Source: Citrobacter phage Ursula. From it: a DNA stretch of 32,000 bases. Made by a program: the position numbers and the translations under genes. The notes beneath the pieces were generated by a model. That model saw only the letters and a program-made list of their open reading frames with translations. It was not told the origin of the DNA and ran no database searches. Shown here in pieces: positions 7,776-14,170 of this stretch; position 1 is the stretch's first letter, and every line of letters begins with the position of its first letter. The stretch is from sequence record PQ589834.1. One strand, written 5' to 3'.

Positions 7776-9107
7776 TCACACGAAGTAAACATCATGACGA
7801 CCACGAGTAGCACCCACATAAAGTAACTCTAACTTGAATTTGTTATCATTGCTAACGTGAATACATGGAGTGTAAATAAAACTTGTATCTACAGAAATAC
7901 CTTGAGCTTTATGGAACGTAGAACAAGGAAGTGCTTTAACTTTATGGAACTTACGTTTAGCTTCCCAGAATTCAGACCAAGGTGCTTTACCACCCTTATT
8001 CCAGTTTTTATAAGTATCAGCAGCTTTAGCCAAGAAGAACTGGAATTTGTTCATTTCTTGTTCATCACTAATGACACTTATTTGTTCTCTAGCGTACTCT
8101 TCGTCATCGCCATATGTTTCTACATCTAACACCCAATGACGTATCAGGTGTTCACCAGAGACTCCCTTGGCACCTAAAAAGGTTGATGTGTACTGAGCAT
8201 CTAATATACGAACATACTGTCCGTTGTTGAATAATGTTTCAGTGAATTTCTTACCATCATACATCAACTCTCTCATCAAAGGTTCTTGCATAACGATGAT
8301 TTCACCAGCAATGAAAGCATCTTCGGTTTGATACAACTTACGACGAATAATGCTATTCAACTTATCGACAGACTTGTTTGTGAATGCAAGCATTCTGTTC
8401 TCAAATAAATCCATCGGGTCTTTCACAATAGAGAAGTACTGCATCATATAATCTTTCAATGCAGTTGAGCTCTGGAATCCATGAACACCATGGCCGTCTC
8501 TGATATGCTCATAAATCCATTTGCCTTGACGAATGTCTGTAGCAACTTCGATAATTGGAGCATTACTTCTCATTACTTCATCCAGTTCCAACTGTAGGAA
8601 ATCTTTGTGAGTAAAGAATGGAGACTTATGAGTCGAAGAATCCCCAGGAGATACCGGACGAATCTGAGCCTCATCACCGATAGCAATGATTGTGCACCAA
8701 CGAGGAATTGAAGCCATCAAAATCTTGAATAACTCTCTATCCCACATAGATGCTTCATCACAAATAAGAACTCGGCATTGTGCCAGGTCTGGAACTTCTT
8801 TTTGTTCGAAGAGCATGTTCTCTTCATAAGTTGTTGGGTTAATTTTGAGGATGCTGTGAATAGTAGCAGCGGCCATACCCGATAATTTAGATAATACCTT
8901 TTTAGCAGCATGAGTAGGTGCAGCTAAGATGATTCCCGTTTCTCCAGTAGAAATTAAATGGTCCACGATAAAGCGGGTAAGAGTAGTTTTACCAGTACCC
9001 GCTGGACCATTAATTGTTACGTGAGTTTTCTTCTCTTTGATAGCCGCAATAGTCGTATCAAACGTGCTTCTTTGGCTTCGAGTTAATTGTTCAAATGTAA
9101 TTCTCAA
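7776..9107 (-). CDS. dda: Dda DNA helicase (copy B)
   Basis: 443 aa with all helicase motifs intact (GPAGTGKTT, LICDEAS, TFHKAQG, VGATRGRHD). Confidence 0.97.
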   Translation of the reverse strand: MRITFEQLTRSQRSTFDTTIAAIKEKKTHVTINGPAGTGKTTLTRFIVDHLISTGETGIILAAPTHAAKKVLSKLSGMAAATIHSILKINPTTYEENMLFEQKEVPDLAQCRVLICDEASMWDRELFKILMASIPRWCTIIAIGDEAQIRPVSPGDSSTHKSPFFTHKDFLQLELDEVMRSNAPIIEVATDIRQGKWIYEHIRDGHGVHGFQSSTALKDYMMQYFSIVKDPMDLFENRMLAFTNKSVDKLNSIIRRKLYQTEDAFIAGEIIVMQEPLMRELMYDGKKFTETLFNNGQYVRILDAQYTSTFLGAKGVSGEHLIRHWVLDVETYGDDEEYAREQISVISDEQEMNKFQFFLAKAADTYKNWNKGGKAPWSEFWEAKRKFHKVKALPCSTFHKAQGISVDTSFIYTPCIHVSNDNKFKLELLYVGATRGRHDVYFV

Positions 9108-9115
9108 AATGGCTC

Positions 9116-9436
9116 CTAAGCAACTGAAACTCGTTTTACCTTCATGGTGTTAATGATCAATTGCAGATGGCGACGAGTTTCTTCATCTGTGATTGGAATG
9201 AAAGTAATAATATCACGTTTAAAGAAAAGCCATTTTGTCTTCTGAGTAACAACTTTCGTTCCACGATCAAGACATTCCTGTAACTCCATAGCTTCCTGGG
9301 CCATAGCATGCTCAGCATCTTTCTTATTTGAAAAGATGAGATTAACCCCAAGAGTATTTCCTCGATAAGGTTCATATACCGGGATTTCATATCCGGATTT
9401 GTCTTTATAGACCAGCATGTAACCATAGTGCATCAC
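9116..9436 (-). CDS. Conserved hypothetical protein (copy B)
   Basis: Paralogue of 4369-4689. Confidence 0.75.
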   Translation of the reverse strand: MMHYGYMLVYKDKSGYEIPVYEPYRGNTLGVNLIFSNKKDAEHAMAQEAMELQECLDRGTKVVTQKTKWLFFKRDIITFIPITDEETRRHLQLIINTMKVKRVSVA

Positions 9437-10221
9437 ATTTTACCTCTTAACAATTGGAAGAAGGTGGCGGAAAGTGGCAAACCTTTCTTCAGTTTAGCTT
9501 TATCAAGACGGGAGAGATTTTGAAAACGATTCAAACCCTGGATAATTATACCATAGTCATGAGAAGTATTTTCTGCTTTAGAAGTCTTCTTCGAAGCGGC
9601 CCTGGAAGTCACAACCTGCGGATCTTTGCATTTGGTTCTGAGTATAGTTTTGATACGTGTCATTCCGCCACGAATACGAACTTCTAAAGACTTTTTATGT
9701 TCTTCAGTTACACCAGATTGAAGCATATGAGCTTGCCGAGATTTGATGTTCTGAACAATACGCTTAATTTCTGTACGCTGAGTTTTAGGAATATTGCGAA
9801 GGTCTATATCTTCAAATCCGGGCAAATCAAGGCGATGCTCAGGAAGAATATTTTTACTTTCATGTCTAACAGGCTTAACGTCCTTCTTAGCATCTACACG
9901 AGCGACAATACGGGCTGCGGTCGTTTCTTGAAGACGCACGAGATCTTCCATTTCATGGTTGGCACGAAGACGATTGTACTTCAACTTGACCGGGATCACG
10001 TTACCTTCTACATATCCGATTTTGTTGTTAAATCGCTCAAGTGTCATTTGATGATCACCGGGCTCTTTATGAAATTTTTCTCCAGAATATGCACAAGTGT
10101 CTTGTGCCATGATGTTCAAAAGATAGTCCATACTTAAATTGAACTCTTTGCTGCGTGATGATGCGCTTTTGTAAGTTTGAACTAAACGTTGAGCGATAAC
10201 AACTTCACGAGGCATAGCCAT
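9433..10221 (-). CDS. HNH-like endonuclease domain fused to the module C-terminal domain
   Basis: N-terminal CAYSGEKFHKEPGDHQMTLERFNNKIGYVEGNVIPVKLKYNRLRAN resembles an HNH nuclease core (DH...ERxNN..GY..GNV...N); the C-terminal half is shared with 4686-5207. Confidence 0.65.
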   Translation of the reverse strand: MAMPREVVIAQRLVQTYKSASSRSKEFNLSMDYLLNIMAQDTCAYSGEKFHKEPGDHQMTLERFNNKIGYVEGNVIPVKLKYNRLRANHEMEDLVRLQETTAARIVARVDAKKDVKPVRHESKNILPEHRLDLPGFEDIDLRNIPKTQRTEIKRIVQNIKSRQAHMLQSGVTEEHKKSLEVRIRGGMTRIKTILRTKCKDPQVVTSRAASKKTSKAENTSHDYGIIIQGLNRFQNLSRLDKAKLKKGLPLSATFFQLLRGKM

Positions 10222-10274
10222 GACGAATCCTTATTTGCTTTATTTGCGAAGGTGGTATAATGGTTTCAAGGATT

Positions 10275-10304
10275 ATTCTATTACACTTTCCGTTGAATGT
10301 AAAC
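10275..10304 (-). promoter_or_regulatory. Early-type promoter, GTTTAC-N18-TAGAAT
   Basis: -35 at 10299-10304, -10 at 10275-10280; drives the copy B dda/dexA operon. Confidence 0.65.
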
Positions 10305-10306
10305 GG

Positions 10307-10924
10307 TCAGAAAGAATAGAAGTTCAAATGATAGATTTTGTAGACCGGAGATAATGGGTCTAATTGATAATCTTCAATACTCACTATCTCAAACTGAGTT
10401 CCAATAGGGAACATCCATTCATCCTCTGCGTTAATCATCTCTAACTTTTCCATTCTCTCATCACCATCAATAAAATTACATCTAAACTCAGAATCTGGCG
10501 CAGCCAGAACTAAGTTCATTGCATGCTCTTGAAAGTTAAAAGCAAATGGACAGTTGCGAAGCGACAGAATGACTTTTGTGTTATAGCAATAAGCACCAGC
10601 GAACTGTCTTGCAGTAGCAAAATCAGACGAGAATGAAGTGACACGATTGTCGGCAATTATGCGACCAACTTCCATGTGTTCAAGCCATGCAGCAGTCTTC
10701 TTTGATACTCCACGATACAACTCTACTGGCACATCTGATGTTATGTTACGACGAACAATCGGGTCTAAATCTAAGTGCAACTTAGGATCTGCTTTATCAT
10801 TAAAGCACAACCATAGAGTAGATTGTTCATAGTCACTGAACTTTGATATTGCACGTTCATAGTAAGAAGGATTATGTTCCGCGTTTTCACGGATTTCTTC
10901 GAGATGTTCTTTTTGATATAACAT
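10307..10924 (-). CDS. ModA/ModB-like ADP-ribosyltransferase
   Basis: LYRGV (R motif), TSFSSDFATARQFA (STS-like), EDEWMFPIGTQF.I (E-x-E), plus FNFQEHAMNL and YKIYHLNF resembling T4 ModA. Start placed at MLYQKEHL with a GGAGG ribosome-binding site. Confidence 0.75.
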   Translation of the reverse strand: MLYQKEHLEEIRENAEHNPSYYERAISKFSDYEQSTLWLCFNDKADPKLHLDLDPIVRRNITSDVPVELYRGVSKKTAAWLEHMEVGRIIADNRVTSFSSDFATARQFAGAYCYNTKVILSLRNCPFAFNFQEHAMNLVLAAPDSEFRCNFIDGDERMEKLEMINAEDEWMFPIGTQFEIVSIEDYQLDPLSPVYKIYHLNFYSF

Positions 10925-10949
10925 GATAGCCCTCCGTTTAACTAAGGCT

Positions 10950-10979
10950 ATCATATCACAGTGAGAGGAGGATGTAAAC
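10950..10979 (-). promoter_or_regulatory. Early-type promoter, GTTTAC-N18-TATGAT
   Basis: -35 at 10974-10979, -10 at 10950-10955; immediately upstream of the ModA-like gene. Confidence 0.7.
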
Positions 10980-10981
10980 GG

Positions 10982-11218
10982 TTAGCGGAAAACGCCGAGA
11001 GGGAAGCCGAATACTGCTATATCAGCAACTTTGCCTAATGCAGATTGGGTTGTTTTAGGTGTATAAGAGTAAGATTCATATGAAGTTTTAGATTGTGGTT
11101 TTTCTTCATTTTTGATCTTTGGAGAATCATGGTTTTCAGTCAAATGTTCTCTTGCTTTTATTCTTTCTCTTGCTGATATTGGAACATTCATCAGCCATTC
11201 ATTTCCGTATTTCATCAT
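10982..11218 (-). CDS. Hypothetical protein
   Basis: MMKYGNEWLMNVPISARERIKAREHL...; the start ATG overlaps the stop of the upstream 59-aa ORF (ATGA). Confidence 0.55.
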   Translation of the reverse strand: MMKYGNEWLMNVPISARERIKAREHLTENHDSPKIKNEEKPQSKTSYESYSYTPKTTQSALGKVADIAVFGFPLGVFR

Positions 11219-11394
11219 TGACCCCAAGGTGCCCATGGAGGAGGGAAGCAGAATAGATCAGCTAAATCTTCTGCAGCTTTAGTAGATTCGATACCATGCG
11301 ATTTAAGCACTTCAAAAATTTCTTTTGAGATATCAATCTTATGTAAATCAATAACCGGCTTTTCAGCCGGCTCTAGCATATCAAACAGATCCAT
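11215..11394 (-). CDS. Small ORF, 59 aa, absent from the supplied track
   Basis: MDLFDMLEPAEKPVIDLHKIDISKEIFEVLKSHGIESTKAAEDLADLFCFPPPWAPWGQ*; overlaps the upstream stop (TAATG) and the downstream start (ATGA). Confidence 0.6.
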   Translation of the reverse strand: MDLFDMLEPAEKPVIDLHKIDISKEIFEVLKSHGIESTKAAEDLADLFCFPPPWAPWGQ

Positions 11395-11930
11395 TATCGA
11401 CCATACCGACGTGATAAGTTATCAAGACGCATTTGCTCATACATACTTTCGCGAGCAAGTTTTGCTGATTCAGATTCAGTGAAAATCAATCCACTGTCTT
11501 CATAGTGGTTCCAGATGAATTTTTGGAGCTCATCAAAATCATTGTTATCTATGATGAGGAACTTTTTCCAAACTGTTCTTTCTGTAACTGTGTGCGAAAA
11601 CAACTTATCGTCTGGAGAGTATCGAGGCACATCATATCCAAGATGATTTAATGCTTCTATATGCCCAAATGGATTTCCAGGTTTTTGAGCAACATCAGCT
11701 TCATGCCGAATAAAGCATACTGCAGATTCAGGAAAACTCAATCCATTAATTAGCTTATCATTTTGTGCATTGAAATAGTCTTCATGCTTCATTGAAGAAT
11801 TTGAATCAAATGCAGAAATAATAACTGAAAACACGTCATTTTTCTGAATAACGGTTCTTCCATTTACCTTTTTAGACAATTCAATTGAGTATTTCTTACT
11901 AATGTTAACGCACTTTTCCACAGATGGCAC
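11394..11930 (-). CDS. Hypothetical protein (178 aa), GTG start
   Basis: Long ORF; the first codon is GTG with GAAGG upstream. Confidence 0.6.
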   Translation of the reverse strand: MPSVEKCVNISKKYSIELSKKVNGRTVIQKNDVFSVIISAFDSNSSMKHEDYFNAQNDKLINGLSFPESAVCFIRHEADVAQKPGNPFGHIEALNHLGYDVPRYSPDDKLFSHTVTERTVWKKFLIIDNNDFDELQKFIWNHYEDSGLIFTESESAKLARESMYEQMRLDNLSRRYGR

Positions 11931-11996
11931 CTTCTGTCATATTGTTTTCTTCAAACCACTTATCAGTGGCAGCAATCATGGCCGGAGCAGCATTAA

Positions 11997-12236
11997 TCAT
12001 AACCAAGATATCCCAAAACGAATAACAGATTGCTCACCAACAAAATGAAAATGAGCTTCATATACCACACGTAAAGTGGTACCTTCTTCACGATAGCAAT
12101 GAATATAAATATCTACCAAATCATAAAGATCCGGACTATTGGTGATAAACAGATGATCATGAATTAAACGATCAGTGATAAGTTTTGTAATACCGCCGAC
12201 TGATTCAACCGGTTTCATCCAAGCAGATGTTTTCAT
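11997..12236 (-). CDS. Hypothetical protein (79 aa)
   Basis: ATGA overlap with the upstream ORF. Confidence 0.6.
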   Translation of the reverse strand: MKTSAWMKPVESVGGITKLITDRLIHDHLFITNSPDLYDLVDIYIHCYREEGTTLRVVYEAHFHFVGEQSVIRFGISWL

Positions 12237-12433
12237 TTTATTTTATCTCCAAGATATTTGTCAGCGAGTGCTTCAGCTTCTTCATACTGATACTTAATTT
12301 CTTTTTCTTTGAATTCAGAGTCAGTATTTTTCCTCAATGCAGAATGAAATTCTTCTACCCAATCATTAGGTTCTTGTCTACTTTTAATCCAAGCTTTAAT
12401 CCAAGGTAGCGGATTTTGGTATGGTGTTCTCAT
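12233..12433 (-). CDS. Hypothetical protein (66 aa)
   Basis: ATGA coupling to the next ORF; ribosome-binding site GAGGATAAC. Confidence 0.6.
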   Translation of the reverse strand: MRTPYQNPLPWIKAWIKSRQEPNDWVEEFHSALRKNTDSEFKEKEIKYQYEEAEALADKYLGDKIK

Positions 12434-12458
12434 TATGTTATCCTCATTTGATAGAAGA

Positions 12459-12484
12459 ATTATATCACATCGTTTAAAAGCAAA
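12459..12484 (-). promoter_or_regulatory. Candidate MotA-type middle promoter / extended -10 promoter
   Basis: TTTGCTTTT (12476-12484), N11, TATAAT (12459-12464), preceded by TGA (extended -10); follows a terminator. Confidence 0.6.
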
Positions 12485-12505
12485 AAAGGACTCCCGAAGG
12501 AGTCC
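12482..12505 (-). terminator. Rho-independent terminator after soc
   Basis: Minus strand GGACTCC-TTCG-GGAGTCC-TTTTTTG: 7-bp GC-rich stem, UUCG tetraloop, U-tract. Confidence 0.9.
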
Positions 12506-12511
12506 CTATAA

Positions 12512-12754
12512 TCAGCCGCCTGGTACTACCGGAACGCCTTTAAACATATCAGCGTTTTTGGCAATCCATGCATCTCGTTGAGCTTCTTCAAATACGGTAG
12601 CATAAGCTGCTTTTTCTGAAGGGAAGATCTGATAATGAGAACGAGCAATTCGGTGGACATCAGAATACAGTTTAAAAGCAACTGAAACTTCCATACCTTT
12701 CACTTCGCCGTCTGCATTAGTATGATCAAACGTTTTGATATTTACATAACTCAT
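12512..12754 (-). CDS. soc: Soc small outer capsid protein
   Basis: MSYVNIKTFDHTNADGEVKGMEVSVAFKLYSDVHRIARSHYQIFPSEKAAYATVFEEAQRDAWIA... matches T4 Soc (80 aa). Confidence 0.92.
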   Translation of the reverse strand: MSYVNIKTFDHTNADGEVKGMEVSVAFKLYSDVHRIARSHYQIFPSEKAAYATVFEEAQRDAWIAKNADMFKGVPVVPGG

Positions 12755-12781
12755 GTAATTCTCCTTTATTGATTACATGAG

Positions 12782-12789
12782 TATTTATA
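12782..12789 (-). promoter_or_regulatory. T4-type late promoter (TATAAATA)
   Basis: Exact TATAAATA 28 nt upstream of the soc start codon. Confidence 0.85.
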
Positions 12790-12951
12790 TCAACAGTTGT
12801 TAAGAGCTTCTGTTATATCCGCGATGATATCTTCTGAATCAGCAATTAGCTCTCGAAGGCATTCGTATCGGTCCTCTTGAGTTAAGTGTGTCAATCCCCA
12901 ATATTTGATCAAAGCATTTTCAATATCAGCATATGAAATCATTGGTACCAT
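12790..12951 (-). CDS. Small ORF, 53 aa, absent from the supplied track
   Basis: MVPMISYADIENALIKYWGLTHLTQEDRYECLRELIADSEDIIADITEALNNC*; AGGAC/GGGAATGG-like upstream sequence. Confidence 0.5.
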   Translation of the reverse strand: MVPMISYADIENALIKYWGLTHLTQEDRYECLRELIADSEDIIADITEALNNC

Positions 12952-12963
12952 TCCCAGTCCTTT

Positions 12964-13128
12964 TCATAAATTTTGTTCATCGATAATTCCTTCTGTATTA
13001 CCCCAAAGTTCTATATTAATTTCCTCTTTCAAAGCTTGGGCTAATAGGTCTTCTACGTCAGGCATATCTTTTGGAGGATTAATTATTGCATTTTGGATAG
13101 CGGCTACAAGAGCCGCTCTTCCATTCAT
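12964..13128 (-). CDS. Small ORF, 54 aa, absent from the supplied track
   Basis: MNGRAALVAAIQNAIINPPKDMPDVEDLLAQALKEEINIELWGNTEGIIDEQNL*; TAATG overlap with the gene 56 stop. Confidence 0.6.
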   Translation of the reverse strand: MNGRAALVAAIQNAIINPPKDMPDVEDLLAQALKEEINIELWGNTEGIIDEQNL

Positions 13129-13646
13129 TAATATCCTCGGTCTTGACGAGTGAAGTTCTCAGCATTTTTCAGGTAGTACAGTTTGAAGATTTCTTCTGCT
13201 GTCATACCCAGACCGTGGAACATATTCAGGATGAAGTGAAGAATGTCAATCATCTCAAATTTAATTTCAAGCTGGTCAGCATCAGACAAATCATTAATCA
13301 GAGTTTGTTGTAGTTCACCATGTTGATTCTTCCATGGTTTCCATACTGCTGATGCAGCTTTCTCACCGTTACTCATACCGCCTAATGCAGTCAACAGTTC
13401 ACGGAATTCATCATCGACATAATCTTTCTGGTTACGTAACCAAGCAACTACTTCGCCAGCGGTCGCCAGATTATCTGGGTGTTCATTATATTCTGGTTTT
13501 TCTTTTGCCAGACGAATCTGCAATGATTTCTGCATATCAAGCATTACTTGCAGAGGGTCTGAGTGTTTTGCAATGTGACTATTATAAGCATCTTGAGCTT
13601 TGTCAACACCGTCAATAAGCTGAGAACATTCATTAAAGTGAGCCAT
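13128..13646 (-). CDS. 56: gp56 dCTPase/dUTPase
   Basis: MAHFNECSQLIDGVDKAQDAY...DPLQVMLDMQKSLQIRLA...DDEFRELLTALG...DQLEIKFEMIDILHFILNMFHGLGMTAEEIFKLYYLKNAENF matches T4 gp56. Confidence 0.95.
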   Translation of the reverse strand: MAHFNECSQLIDGVDKAQDAYNSHIAKHSDPLQVMLDMQKSLQIRLAKEKPEYNEHPDNLATAGEVVAWLRNQKDYVDDEFRELLTALGGMSNGEKAASAVWKPWKNQHGELQQTLINDLSDADQLEIKFEMIDILHFILNMFHGLGMTAEEIFKLYYLKNAENFTRQDRGY

Positions 13647-13664
13647 TATTTTTCCTTTCAATTC

Positions 13665-13949
13665 TTAATTAGTTACAAGACCAAGTTCTTCTGAGATATC
13701 TCGGAAGTGATTCATTTTATCAATCTTTTTGTGAATTTCATATTCAGACGATTCAAACTTAAAATCAGAATATTGCCTGATATATTCTATAGAAGCCATT
13801 ATATCATTTAATTCATTTTGCAATCTCGCGCGATTGGTTACTCCTTGATATTCAGAGTCTAAACCGAATTGCATTATCTTGGAACATAGCATTGCAACTT
13901 CATTACATTCTTCTCCAAGCTTCAAGAACGTGTGTTGTTGTAAATTCAT
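13665..13949 (-). CDS. Possible MazG-like small protein
   Basis: FLKLGEECNEVAMLCSKIMQFGL...RLQNELNDIMASIEYI: EExxE...ExxD pattern resembling all-alpha NTP-pyrophosphohydrolases. Confidence 0.5.
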   Translation of the reverse strand: MNLQQHTFLKLGEECNEVAMLCSKIMQFGLDSEYQGVTNRARLQNELNDIMASIEYIRQYSDFKFESSEYEIHKKIDKMNHFRDISEELGLVTN

Positions 13950-13972
13950 ATTAAATAGCCTTAGGAGGATAT

Positions 13973-14170
13973 ATGTCTGAAGAAACTGAAAAGAAATCTC
14001 TAAAGACTCAAATAAAAGACCAGAAAGGCAAGATTATTCTGGTCGGAGCAATTTCTGCTGCTGTAGCAACTTGGAACTATATTATCATACCTTTTGCGTT
14101 AGCATACGGTATAACGCTTCCACCTGTTCCTCTGGAGCAAGTTATTTCTCATATAATGGTAGGAATTTAA
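13973..14170 (+). CDS. Small single-TM membrane protein on the plus strand
   Basis: Strong ribosome-binding site TTAGGAGGATATATG; MSEETEKKSLKTQIKDQKGKIILVGAISAAVATWNYIIIPFALAYGITLPPVPLEQVISHIMVGI; stop overlaps the gene 61 stop tail-to-tail. Confidence 0.65.
   Translation: MSEETEKKSLKTQIKDQKGKIILVGAISAAVATWNYIIIPFALAYGITLPPVPLEQVISHIMVGI

Larger units (their letters stand above)
626..10221 (-). repeat. Direct tandem duplication of the dda-dexA module (copy A about 626-5207, copy B about 5535-10221)
   Basis: Gene order and sequence repeated at offsets of 4909 (626/5535, 807/5716, 1271/6180), 4902 (1539/6441), 4744 (2112/6856, 2795/7539) and 4747 nt (3029/7776, 4369/9116, 4686/9433). Confidence 0.95.

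Noticed and set aside
626-10221. Assembly artefact as explanation for the tandem duplication
   Set aside because: The copies differ in many codons and by three discrete gene-sized changes, so simple mis-assembly of one locus does not explain it; a merged strain mixture remains possible and is listed as a refutation test.
10923-10954. 9-bp inverted repeat ATGATAGCC...GGCTATCAT flanking the ModA-like ribosome-binding site
   Set aside because: The transcription start predicted from the 10950-10979 promoter falls inside the loop, so the mRNA would lack one arm; unlikely to be a translational hairpin.
12104-12111. TATAAATA on the plus strand
   Set aside because: Matches the late promoter motif, but lies inside a minus-strand gene with no nearby plus-strand ORF; one chance match is expected in AT-rich sequence of this length.
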